DNA of 40,067 nucleotides from an uncultured Ignavibacteriales bacterium (lineage in GTDB: Bacteria; Zixibacteria; MSB-5A5; GN15; FEB-12): positions 41,703-81,769 of the forward strand of contig CAZLBP010000016.1 in NCBI GenBank assembly GCA_964557855.1, read 5' to 3'. Positions 27,040 through 36,159 of the stretch are shown here, in pieces. Below the pieces are notes generated by a model, which was not told the DNA's origin, did no database searches, and saw nothing but the letters and a program-made list of their open reading frames with translations. The position numbers and the translations under genes were made by a program. Position 1 is the stretch's first letter, and every line of letters starts with the position of its first letter.

Positions 27040-30000
27040 CTAATCAGGGACGACGGGTCGACTCTGGAAGCAGGCCAGAAGTCGGTCAAAATCGGGCAGT
27101 TCCTTGAAATTGGCCAGGGCATGGTCATAGAAGTCACTGAGTTGATACTCCATAGTGCCGCAATTGAGCATGACGTAGGGAATCGCCGCTCGCCGGCACA
27201 GCTCGATCATGCGGTACAGCTCCACTTTCCCTGAGAACCGGGCGTCGCAGATAACAAGATCGGCCAGGGCGGCCAGTTCGCTCTTGACCTGGGTGATACT
27301 GTCGATCCAGTGCAGCTTCACGCCGGCATCGCAGGCGGGTGTGAAGTACTTGCTCAGAATCGACTTTTGCAGAGCAAAAATGAGGACCTGCTGACCCTCG
27401 GTGGGTGCGGTCGTGTTCGAGACCCGAACGGATTGTTCGCCGGCCACCGGGAGCGTCAGTGTGAACGTGGTGCCGACGCCCAGAAGAGATTCGACGGTGA
27501 GATCTCCGCCGTGGTCACGAGCAATGTTGCGGCAGATGGAGAGGCCCATACCGGTACCGACCAGCTCATCCTTGCCCCATACGCCCTTGGTGGAGAAGAA
27601 CGGGTCAAAGATGCGGGCGAGGTTCTTCTCCGGAATGCCGCCGCCCGTGTCTCCGACTTTGACTTGGACAGCATTCTTGTTGCTGGTGAGAGCGATGGTC
27701 ACGACGCCATCGGAGCGAATGGCGTGTCGGGCGTTTATGAGAAGATTCAAGAGCAGTTGCTGAATCTTGCTCGGTGAGATCTCGACCGGGGGAGGATTCT
27801 CGAAATACGTGACTATTTCTATGGACCGATCCTTCATATCCTGTTCGACGAGAGCTGTAGCTTTGGTAATGACTTGTGGCAGGTCCTGGCTGACCAGATC
27901 TTCAACTTTGGACGTGGAGTATGTGAGCAGTGACATCGCCACATCGTTGGCTTTCTCGCCAAGCTCAATGACTTTGGCGAGGGAATCCCGAGCGGCTCCG
28001 ACATCCTTGGTTCGGTCCATTTCCTCGACTGCGAACGAAGCGTTGCCGATTATGGCTCCGAGGTAGTTTTTGAATTCATGGGCCACCCCGGCCGCGAGCG
28101 TCCCGATAGCGGACAGTTTGTCGTTTTCGGCCAGCTTCAACTGTGTTTGCAGCTCCAGGCTGATATCTTCACCCAGTGACACGAAGTTTATGATATCGCC
28201 CTCTTCATTGAAGATGGGTGAAACGGTCTTGCGTTCCCAGTAGATTTCGCCGTTCTTTTTGCGATTCTGGATGCGTCCGTGCCAGGTATGCCCGGCTTTT
28301 ATCGTGCGCCACAGGTCTTCGTAGAGGTCCCGGTCGTTCCGCTCCGATTTCAATATTCGGGGGGTCTGCCCGAGCACTTCTTCCGGCGTATAGCCGGTGA
28401 TGGTGCAGAATCGAGGATTGACGAATTCAATATGTCCCTCGGCGTCGGTAATGCAGATTATGTTGGCGGATTGCGTGACGGCCGCGGACAGCTTGCGAAG
28501 CTGACTTTCCTTATCTCGAAGTTCCGTTATTTCCTGCCCGTAACAGTGGACAAATGCTTCACCGCCCACGGGATAGAACTCCCACCGGAACGTACGCATG
28601 GTGCGAGTCTGACGCTGAGCTGACACGGCTGTCTGTTTATCGATACATGTCTGAATACACGAGAGGTAGTCGGGCGGAAGGACCTCGTGGGCTTGTTCCA
28701 GCGGCACTCCGAGTGCGGGGAGTTGTCGGTGAAAAGCGGGATTGGCGTATTCTATGGCGCCGTCGGCAGCCAGCTTGAGGACGGAGTGCGGATTGTTTTC
28801 GGGAAAAGCGGCCAAGTGTCTGAGTCGCTCGTTGGTCCGCTTGCGGTTCGATATATCACGTGCAAAAGCGCAGGTGAAGGGCATCCCCGAGACCTCCGTG
28901 AAATGCTCGCTGGTTTCGACCGGAATACCCCGGCCGTCTTTGGCTCGCAGCGATGCTTCCCTGGTCAGAACGCCGCTGTTTTTGAGATTCTGCCGGTGTG
29001 CCGACCAGGTTTCCTCCGGCAGGGCAGGACAAATTTCGCACATGCGCATAGTCAGCAGTTCTTCACGGCTGTAACCGAGAAGGTTACAGGCAGTGTTATT
29101 CACGTAGATGAAACGCGCGTCCGAGCCCATCCAGAAGACGGCATCACCCGACTTCTCGCAAGTAAACTGGGACAATTGCAGCACTTCTTCCGCCTTCTTG
29201 CGCGCCGTTATGTTATCGATTATGCCGACAACATTCGAGATATCGCCGGTCGCGTTTCGAGCCGCCGACAAAACTACGGAACACCAGATGATATCGTTGT
29301 TCTGCGTGATGAGTCTCTTTTCCGTCCGGGCATGCGGTGAGTTTGCGCAGAAGAGCTCGTGCAGCAGTTCTTTGCTTTCCGGAACGTCATCGGGCGCCGT
29401 AATCTTGAGAATGGATTTGCCGATCAGTTCGTCTTTAGGGCAGCCCAGCCAGTTACACAGTGTCTCGTTGACCTCGACGAAGAGAAAATCGCGATCAATT
29501 GAGCAAACGCCGATACATGAGTTTTCAGCGAGCGCGAGGAAGTCTTCTTGAACCCGCTCAACGGGCTTTTCCTTTTTCGTCTCCGCGGCTTTCGGGGAAG
29601 GCGTGAGCGTAAGCAGAAAGGCCGCTTTATCCTGGTAGGTTATGGGCAATGTCTTGGTTTCGACATCAACCGGCTGGCCGTCGAAGCGGACCATTCGGCC
29701 GGGCAGCTGCTCGATGCTAAGGGTAGCAGCCGAAGCGGATTGAAGTCGTTCTAGGAAGGGTTCCTGGAGTTCGGGATGTACAAATCCGAGAATAGGCTTG
29801 TGTAGAAGATCTTCGGCTTCCGTCGCTCCCAGGAGGCCGATCGCCGCCGGATTAACGTAGATGATCTGTCCCTTGTCATGTATCAGCATGGCCTCCGAAG
29901 ACTGCCCGAGGAGGGCAATATACTGCTCATTCGTCTGTTGCAGTTCCTTTTCGTGCCGGACTTCGTCTCGGTCTCTCAGTTGCAGTTTGAGGAGGAGCAG

Positions 30001-30189
30001 CAGCATGAACAGAAGGAGTGCAATAACCAGCCACAGGGCGTTTTGAGACGTAAACTCCCTAACGCTGCCGTCAAACGGTTTCAGTTCGACAGACAACCAT
30101 CCGACTCCGACCAGGAGGCCGATTACTCCAACGGCTTTGGCGCTGCTCAAAACGTACCGGAACAGCGGCTTATCAACGAGTTTGATCAT
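27040..30189 (-). CDS. membrane-anchored multi-PAS sensor histidine kinase with C-terminal degenerate receiver-like domain
   Basis: Two N-terminal TM helices and at least four PAS/PAC modules. HisKA H-box AAGVAHEFKNYLGAI. HATPase_c region GTGMGLSICRNIARDHGGDLTVESLLGVGTTF. A ~120-aa C-terminal tail resembles a receiver (DLVICD) but lacks the N-terminal acidic pair. Confidence 0.85.
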   Translation of the reverse strand: MIKLVDKPLFRYVLSSAKAVGVIGLLVGVGWLSVELKPFDGSVREFTSQNALWLVIALLLFMLLLLLKLQLRDRDEVRHEKELQQTNEQYIALLGQSSEAMLIHDKGQIIYVNPAAIGLLGATEAEDLLHKPILGFVHPELQEPFLERLQSASAATLSIEQLPGRMVRFDGQPVDVETKTLPITYQDKAAFLLTLTPSPKAAETKKEKPVERVQEDFLALAENSCIGVCSIDRDFLFVEVNETLCNWLGCPKDELIGKSILKITAPDDVPESKELLHELFCANSPHARTEKRLITQNNDIIWCSVVLSAARNATGDISNVVGIIDNITARKKAEEVLQLSQFTCEKSGDAVFWMGSDARFIYVNNTACNLLGYSREELLTMRMCEICPALPEETWSAHRQNLKNSGVLTREASLRAKDGRGIPVETSEHFTEVSGMPFTCAFARDISNRKRTNERLRHLAAFPENNPHSVLKLAADGAIEYANPAFHRQLPALGVPLEQAHEVLPPDYLSCIQTCIDKQTAVSAQRQTRTMRTFRWEFYPVGGEAFVHCYGQEITELRDKESQLRKLSAAVTQSANIICITDAEGHIEFVNPRFCTITGYTPEEVLGQTPRILKSERNDRDLYEDLWRTIKAGHTWHGRIQNRKKNGEIYWERKTVSPIFNEEGDIINFVSLGEDISLELQTQLKLAENDKLSAIGTLAAGVAHEFKNYLGAIIGNASFAVEEMDRTKDVGAARDSLAKVIELGEKANDVAMSLLTYSTSKVEDLVSQDLPQVITKATALVEQDMKDRSIEIVTYFENPPPVEISPSKIQQLLLNLLINARHAIRSDGVVTIALTSNKNAVQVKVGDTGGGIPEKNLARIFDPFFSTKGVWGKDELVGTGMGLSICRNIARDHGGDLTVESLLGVGTTFTLTLPVAGEQSVRVSNTTAPTEGQQVLIFALQKSILSKYFTPACDAGVKLHWIDSITQVKSELAALADLVICDARFSGKVELYRMIELCRRAAIPYVMLNCGTMEYQLSDFYDHALANFKELPDFDRLLACFQSRPVVPD

Positions 30190-30291
30190 TTATCCTACTG
30201 TTGGGAAACAGGTTCTTTTTGATACTCTGTCGGAAGAAAAGTAGTAATGTTGAGCGGCTATTGAGCCTGCCCGTCGCCGGGGATCTCTGCC

Positions 30292-31623
30292 CTAACGGAC
30301 GAACGGTCCCCAGACCGGGTTGGAGCAGTTCTGGGAACGAGTGAGGCGTCGCTGCTTACGTCCGGTCAGGTCCATGGTATAGATATCCTTACCGCCCAGG
30401 CGAGTCGAGGAGAAAATGATGTGCTTCCCGTCCGGTGAGAAATGGGGATTCTCGTTGGCGCCGACTTCCGTCAGCACTCGATAATCCCGACCGCTGGTGT
30501 CGATTGACGCAATATCGAAGCGCCCGAATTTGGTCCGGCTCACGAACGTTATTCGATCCCCCCGTTTGGACCAGACCGGCGAATCGTTGTAACCCCCTTC
30601 GTACGTCAGTCGCCTGACGTTAAGGCCATCGCTGTCCATGATGTATAGTTGCGGCTGACCGGTACGGTCAGAAGAGAATACGATTCGGTCACCGTCAGGC
30701 GACCATGAGGGCGCGGAATCGATTGCCCGGTGTCTGGTGAGTCGTTTGATTATATTCCCCTTCAGATCAAGAACGTAGATTTCGGAGTTGCCGTCCCTGG
30801 TGAGCACGCAAGCGACCTTGTTCCCGTCCGGAGAGACCGCGGGCGCCGCCGCCAGACCGGTGAAGCTGCCGATGCGTTCGATAGCTCCCGTTTGAACATT
30901 GACCTGGAAGAGCTGTGGGTTGCCCTCGAGATACGAGGTAAAGTAGATATGCCGGCCGTCCGGCGCATACTGCGGGGAGAGGTTCAAGGTGCCGGTATTA
31001 GTCAGCCGCCGTTCATTGGCCCCGTCGTAGTCGGCCACGAATATCTCTTTGGCGTTATCTATGGCTTTGATATAGGCAATTTGGGTGCGAAAGATTCCCC
31101 GCTCGCCGGTCAGGAAATGGACCAGCTCATCGGAAACGTTATGGGCGATTTCGCGCCAGTAACTCTTGTGATATTCCACGTTGCCTTTGGCCAGTTGCTG
31201 CTGGGTGCGGGTGTCATAAAGCCGCCAGCGGGCGCGCAGGTTGGCCCCGGGAAATTCGGCTTCCAGCCGGACCAGGTGGTGGGCGCCGAGACGTTCCCAG
31301 CCCATAAGGTCCAGTTCGAAGATTTCGTAGAGCTGCAGGTAGAACGAATCGATGGGTACGAGATCAAAGTGGGCATAGAAATCGATATCATTTTGGATGA
31401 CGTTGGTCACCCAGCGCATCATCGAGGAATCATCGGGAGATATATACTCCGAGCCGACGTATCTCATGTCCTCCACGCCGATGGGGGTCGGCACGAAATC
31501 ACCCGGCCGGAGCGTATCGAAGAAGATATTGCGAACGCCCGACTGTCCGGCCTGGGCCGCGGCCGTGACGGGAAGAACGGTCAGAGCGATGAGAAGCGTA
31601 CTGATGAGGTTTGATTTCTTCAT
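30292..31623 (-). CDS. tolB: TolB periplasmic beta-propeller protein
   Basis: Signal peptide, TolB N-terminal domain, then repeated propeller blades (PDGRHIYFTS, PDGNKVACV, PDGDRIVFSS, PDGKHIIFSS). Confidence 0.85.
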   Translation of the reverse strand: MKKSNLISTLLIALTVLPVTAAAQAGQSGVRNIFFDTLRPGDFVPTPIGVEDMRYVGSEYISPDDSSMMRWVTNVIQNDIDFYAHFDLVPIDSFYLQLYEIFELDLMGWERLGAHHLVRLEAEFPGANLRARWRLYDTRTQQQLAKGNVEYHKSYWREIAHNVSDELVHFLTGERGIFRTQIAYIKAIDNAKEIFVADYDGANERRLTNTGTLNLSPQYAPDGRHIYFTSYLEGNPQLFQVNVQTGAIERIGSFTGLAAAPAVSPDGNKVACVLTRDGNSEIYVLDLKGNIIKRLTRHRAIDSAPSWSPDGDRIVFSSDRTGQPQLYIMDSDGLNVRRLTYEGGYNDSPVWSKRGDRITFVSRTKFGRFDIASIDTSGRDYRVLTEVGANENPHFSPDGKHIIFSSTRLGGKDIYTMDLTGRKQRRLTRSQNCSNPVWGPFVR

Positions 31624-32364
31624 TTATCCTGGACCTACTTTAATGGGCAATGTAATCCCGATTATCTCGTCACGAAACTGATCCGGCAGGGGGGGAAAAG
31701 GAGCCGACCGTTCGATGGCGTCAAGGCAAATTTGATCGAATTCCGGAATCCCGGATGGTCTTTCGACTCGCAGTTCGATTACTCTGCCCGATCTGATCAC
31801 CTGGAAGTAGACGACGCACACCAGCGTGCCGTCATAGAGGACCGTGTTACGGAAATTCGATGATATCTTGTTGAAGGCCTGCGTGAACCAGTATGGGTAA
31901 TCAAAGGTGGCATTGTCGATAGTGGCGCCGGCGAAGGGGGAACCGCCGCCGCCGGGAGTCTCGATCTCCTTGGAATCATCTCTTTCAGCCCCGCCCGTCT
32001 TGTTGTCTTTCAGCACGTTCTTCTTCTTTGGTTTTGGTTCCGGCGGCGGTTCCGGTTCAGGTTCCGGTTCGGGCTCCGGCTCCTCCTCGATGACTGCCTC
32101 TTTCATGGTAGTAGGGTCGGAGATCGAAATATCAGGAACTTCGTCCTGCATGGCCGCTTCCGGCACCGGAACCGGTTCCAGCGCGACCGGTTCGTCAACA
32201 GCGATTTCAGCGGGCGCCGTGAGCTGAACCCGGATGATATCGTCATAGCTGAGCTGGCTGCGAACATCGAAGGGAGAAGACAGCATGGTGGCCAGAACAA
32301 TGAGCAAATGAAATACGGCTGAAAAGATGAATTCCCTTTTCATGGAATCAGCGATTCCTCCCAC
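31624..32364 (-). CDS. TonB-family energy transducer (TonB C-terminal domain; occupies the TolA position)
   Basis: N-terminal TM anchor, a Pro/Glu-rich spacer (EPEPEPEPEPEPPPEPKPKKK), and a C-terminal TonB_C-like fold (VLYDGTLVCVVYFQVIRSGRVIELRVERPSGIPEFDQICLDAI). Confidence 0.75.
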   Translation of the reverse strand: MGGIADSMKREFIFSAVFHLLIVLATMLSSPFDVRSQLSYDDIIRVQLTAPAEIAVDEPVALEPVPVPEAAMQDEVPDISISDPTTMKEAVIEEEPEPEPEPEPEPPPEPKPKKKNVLKDNKTGGAERDDSKEIETPGGGGSPFAGATIDNATFDYPYWFTQAFNKISSNFRNTVLYDGTLVCVVYFQVIRSGRVIELRVERPSGIPEFDQICLDAIERSAPFPPLPDQFRDEIIGITLPIKVGPG

Positions 32365-32782
32365 CGGTTTGTCCCTGCTGAACGGGCGCCGTGACCAGGC
32401 CTATATTTTCAATTCCCATGACTTTCATGCGGCCGATGACTTCAATAGCGACGCCGTACGCGACTGCCGAATCCCCCCGCAGATATACCGAGCTCGTGTT
32501 CCTGGCGCGCATTTCCTTTTCGAGAGCGGTCTCGAGGTTTTCCAGGCGGGACCAGACGTCATTGATGTAAATACCGCCCTTGCTGTCGATGGTAACGACC
32601 ACGCCCTCCGCCTCTTCTTCGATGGCGGCGGCTTTCGTCTTGGGCAAGTCGACCTCAATGCCCGATTGCAACAGGGGGGCGGAGATCATGAAGATGATCA
32701 GGAGCACCAGGACCACATCCACCAGATTGGCGATGTTGATATCGGACATGGCGCCGTATGTGCGACGACGTCTAAAACGCAT
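32348..32782 (-). CDS. exbD: ExbD/TolR biopolymer transport protein
   Basis: The pattern INIANLVDVVLVLLIIFMISAP (N-terminal TM plus conserved Asp) is typical of ExbD/TolR. Confidence 0.85.
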   Translation of the reverse strand: MRFRRRRTYGAMSDINIANLVDVVLVLLIIFMISAPLLQSGIEVDLPKTKAAAIEEEAEGVVVTIDSKGGIYINDVWSRLENLETALEKEMRARNTSSVYLRGDSAVAYGVAIEVIGRMKVMGIENIGLVTAPVQQGQTGGRNR

Positions 32783-32784
32783 GG

Positions 32785-33498
32785 TCAGATTTCCTTCTTG
32801 GCACGAGCGAGGAATTCAAGGATGAAATTGTGGCTGAAGTCGTTTATCTGTTTGGTGCGATTGTTGGCCCAGTTAAAAGCTATTACCGCCGGGATGGCGG
32901 CCCCGAGCCCGACAATCGTGGCCAGCAGGGCCTCGGCGATGCCGGGCGCAACTACTGCTAGTGATGCCGAACCCCGTTCCCCGATCGACCAGAAGGAATC
33001 CATGATCCCAACTACCGTTCCCAGAAGTCCCATAAACGGGGCGGAATTGCCGGTTGAGGCGAGGAATATCACTTTGCGCTCCAGTTGGCCCATTTGCTCA
33101 GAAAGAGCCTTTTCCATCGACATTTCAACGATTTCCAAATCATCCTGGTCCAGGGGACGCTGTTTTTCCTGAAGGCCGCCGCCTTCGTTCTTCCACTCCT
33201 GCAGTTGTCCCAGTTCGGTGTAACCGGCAATGAAAACATGCGATACCGGAGCGCGTGCGTGTGATTTAGCTTGTCCCAGACACTCGGAGAGGGTACGCGC
33301 TCGGCGAAAAGTCTGGATAAATCGTTGATTATCCTCGTCCACTGCTTTGAATTGTCGCCATTTGGCGAAAATGATCGCCCATGACATCAATGACATAAAC
33401 ACAAGTACCAGCAATATGAAGACACCGAAAGCGGAGGACTGCCCAATGATCTGCCAGATTGAACCAGAGAAGATGTTTGCGATAATCACTTGTTCCAT
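32785..33498 (-). CDS. exbB: MotA/TolQ/ExbB proton-channel family protein
   Basis: Three TM helices. Conserved region APFMGLLGTVVGIMDSF...AEALLATIVGLGAAIPAVIAFN is typical of ExbB/TolQ. Confidence 0.85.
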   Translation of the reverse strand: MEQVIIANIFSGSIWQIIGQSSAFGVFILLVLVFMSLMSWAIIFAKWRQFKAVDEDNQRFIQTFRRARTLSECLGQAKSHARAPVSHVFIAGYTELGQLQEWKNEGGGLQEKQRPLDQDDLEIVEMSMEKALSEQMGQLERKVIFLASTGNSAPFMGLLGTVVGIMDSFWSIGERGSASLAVVAPGIAEALLATIVGLGAAIPAVIAFNWANNRTKQINDFSHNFILEFLARAKKEI

Positions 33499-33778
33499 AC
33501 GTGTTCTACACCCATATCAGCGAAAACGTTTAGAAGCTCAAAAAGTTGTCAGTTTCTGCGCCACTCGACGCACACCACGTCAGTAAACACAGCCAACAAA
33601 CCTAGAGGCATTGTGTTAAGAGGTCAACAAAAACCGAGAGGGCCGAACGTGAATCCGCTGTCACCTGGTACTTCCCGTATACGGTACAATTTTCGAACAT
33701 TATAGTTGATTTGAGATCTATATTGCTTATTCTGGCTGACGTTTGAATAAACTGATTTACCGTAAGGAGGAATTGTAC

Positions 33779-33991
33779 ATGATGAGACCCGTAATTGCGC
33801 TGGTGATCATGCTTCTGGCCGCCTCATTAATGTTTGGCTGCGGCCAAAAGGAAGAACCGGAGACCGGCAAGACGCCGGTTGAAGAAAAGACTGCTGAAAT
33901 GGCGGATACCACTCGCATGGATACAGCGATGATGGATACCGGCATGGCTGATACGGCGATGATGGACACGACCGGTCATTCCGGCTACTAG
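33779..33991 (+). CDS. small Met-rich lipoprotein (70 aa) with MDTxMMDT repeats
   Basis: Strong RBS taaggagg 8 nt upstream of the ATG at 33779. Signal peptide with a lipobox (LMFGC). C-terminal repeats MDTAMMDTGMADTAMMDT. Followed by an intrinsic terminator. Confidence 0.7.
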   Translation: MMRPVIALVIMLLAASLMFGCGQKEEPETGKTPVEEKTAEMADTTRMDTAMMDTGMADTAMMDTTGHSGY

Positions 33992-34020
33992 TATTTGTCC
34001 GAGTAGTAAATATCAAAAAA

Positions 34021-34050
34021 AGCCTCCCGCTACGGCGGGAGGCTTTTCTT
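34021..34050. terminator. rho-independent terminator (agcctcccgc-tacg-gcgggaggct plus T-tract), bidirectional between convergent genes
   Basis: A perfect 10-bp GC-rich stem is preceded by A7 and followed by ttttctt. It sits 30 nt after the lipoprotein stop and ~195 nt after the stop of the minus-strand 34245 gene. Confidence 0.85.
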
Positions 34051-34244
34051 GTGAGCTTCTTAAAAATGCCTCATTCGTCTGTTGGAGCAGGTCTTGTGCG
34101 CTGCAGGCGGAAGCGACCTGCTGCTCTTACTTTTCCACAGGCTGCACGTCAAGTTATCCGCTACAGGCGGACCGACACGTGATTACGACCTGAAACAGCA
34201 TTATACCGGGTTCTTCGGCGCTACCGTATGAGCAGATATGCGGA

Positions 34245-35372
34245 TTATCCTTCAATCATTTCAACATTGGCTCGCGGGACGATGGCCTTTTCTCCACCAG
34301 CGAATTCGACTTCCAGGACCCTGGCTTTGGATTCGGACTCGAGGATTGTCAGGAGCGCCGGCAGATCGGTAACGGTGCCGAGTCTTCCGAAGTAGGGGTG
34401 TCTGATGACCCGAACCGGCGAGCCGACTTGAAGACCGCCGACGGCCGTTGCAGCCGTGGTGTCGTCGTCTTTCGAGACGTTCTCGGATAGTATGACGACT
34501 TCCGGCCGAATGACACCGGCCCTAATCTGGGTCGCACCGTTGATGCAGGCCAGAACACCTTCGTTGGCCTTCATCAGCTCAAAGGTGTGTTCAGCCATGT
34601 TTATTTGTCCGAAGCCTTCGGTTACAACGAGGGTACAGCCGATATCTTCAGAGCCGGTGATGGCGACGCCGATATCGTAACCGAGGAAATCACGCAGGTC
34701 CTTGTCGTCAAAGCCTCCGACCACAATCCCTTTGACACCGACTTCAATCGCTTTCCTCAAGGCGGCCGCCGTCACCAATGAGCCGCCGACGATGACGCAG
34801 CCTTTATGATCCGGGGAGATGGCCTTGTCATCGAGAACCGTCGAGTTCTCCGTTACAACGACTTTGATCTCTCCATATGTCTCACCGCCTATCCCGAAAA
34901 TCGCCTGGACAAAGCCCGCGTGGCAGGATACGACGACGCCTTCGCTGGGAATGACTTCAGTGACTTCGCCCCGTACGTACGCCGTCACTTCCACCGGAAT
35001 AGGGCGACCGCGCTGCAGGACCTGGCCGGTGATACTTGAGATTGACTCGATCGTGCCGTCGATCGTGGCCGGGCACGAGCTGGAGAACCACTTGATAAAC
35101 GACTTCTTCAGGGCGATAGGCTCACCTTCTTTGATGCGATCCCCTTCCTTCTTGAGCATTACCATGTCCAGGTCTTCGGGTGGCACCCCCAGTTTGTTCG
35201 CGACGTTCAGGGGTTCCACCGTACCCGGCAACTCCGTTCGAGCTACCACGTCGTCCGGTTCAACCTTATCGCCGACTTTGACGACCACGTCTCCCTTGAG
35301 GGGAAGAATGCGTCGTTTTTCTAACAACAGTCTTTCGGTGACCTTCAGGCCGGGAGTATATGCGTGCGCCAT
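34245..35372 (-). CDS. conserved hypothetical protein (375 aa), Gly-rich alpha/beta fold of unknown family
   Basis: Long intact ORF. Last gene of the three-gene minus-strand operon. Motifs GCVIVGGSLVTAAALRKAIEVGVKGIVVGGFDD. No family assigned. Confidence 0.6.
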   Translation of the reverse strand: MAHAYTPGLKVTERLLLEKRRILPLKGDVVVKVGDKVEPDDVVARTELPGTVEPLNVANKLGVPPEDLDMVMLKKEGDRIKEGEPIALKKSFIKWFSSSCPATIDGTIESISSITGQVLQRGRPIPVEVTAYVRGEVTEVIPSEGVVVSCHAGFVQAIFGIGGETYGEIKVVVTENSTVLDDKAISPDHKGCVIVGGSLVTAAALRKAIEVGVKGIVVGGFDDKDLRDFLGYDIGVAITGSEDIGCTLVVTEGFGQINMAEHTFELMKANEGVLACINGATQIRAGVIRPEVVILSENVSKDDDTTAATAVGGLQVGSPVRVIRHPYFGRLGTVTDLPALLTILESESKARVLEVEFAGGEKAIVPRANVEMIEG

Positions 35373-35385
35373 AAATAACCCAATT

Positions 35386-36159
35386 TCATGTATTTCGGTG
35401 CGTTGGTTTCTTGCGATAGCGGTAGATCACGTACACGACAATGAGGAACACCGCCACCGCCGGGATAATCCAGGTCGTGACGGAACCATTGCGAGCTTCT
35501 TCCCGCAGCGCTTCATTGATATCAGCAACTTCCACTTCTTCTGTGGGGAGAACATTATCTACGTTGCCGTAGGTGAAGGTTTCGATGACCTGGTTCATAA
35601 TGTCTTTGCTCACCGCGAACAGGGAATCGGGGGAATAGAAATAGAAGGAGGCCAGTCCCTGTTCGAAGAACTTCATCATGAGCAGGTGTTTCTTGGTGAC
35701 TTCCACCCCATCGCTGATTTCGCTCATAACGGTAGCGAGTTTGCGCTCACTGTCGTAAACCGGGGTGTTGGATTCGAGGTTTGCCATAAAATCGGCTACC
35801 GGATAATACTTGATACCTTCGCCGAACGATTGTCTGAGCGTATTGAGCGTCGAATCGATTTCGTGTTGTGTGAAGGCGTCGCTGGAATCGACGGTGAGTA
35901 TGAAGTACGGTCCCCGGTAGAACGGCACCGACCCTTCTTTGTAAAAGCCGGCTTCGTAGTCGAATAAAAGATCACCGGCGCCTCGCTGTTCGAGGAAAAC
36001 GTCGAGCAGCAGGTAATCCAGTTGCTCCCAGTCGGGCGGGTAGCTGAAGTAGAAGTTGCCTTTTAGGCTGACATAGTAGTTGGTGCTGTCCGAGGCAAAG
36101 GCGGAGACGGCCAAAAGCAGGATCAACAGGATTGTGCAACAGGTGCTTTTCATGATCAT
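35386..36159 (-). CDS. membrane-anchored exported protein of unknown function (signal peptide plus C-terminal TM anchor)
   Basis: N-terminal signal peptide (LLILLLAVSAFASDS) and a C-terminal TM followed by a basic tail (IIPAVAVFLIVVYVIYRYRKKP). 4-nt overlap with the upstream MutL-like gene. Confidence 0.6.
   Translation of the reverse strand: MIMKSTCCTILLILLLAVSAFASDSTNYYVSLKGNFYFSYPPDWEQLDYLLLDVFLEQRGAGDLLFDYEAGFYKEGSVPFYRGPYFILTVDSSDAFTQHEIDSTLNTLRQSFGEGIKYYPVADFMANLESNTPVYDSERKLATVMSEISDGVEVTKKHLLMMKFFEQGLASFYFYSPDSLFAVSKDIMNQVIETFTYGNVDNVLPTEEVEVADINEALREEARNGSVTTWIIPAVAVFLIVVYVIYRYRKKPTHRNT

Noticed and set aside
33743-33778. TTG start for the Met-rich lipoprotein as drawn in the ORF track (MNKLIYRKEELY...)
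   Set aside because: The strong taaggagg Shine-Dalgarno lies inside that extension, 8 nt upstream of the ATG at 33779. The signal peptide begins at that ATG.
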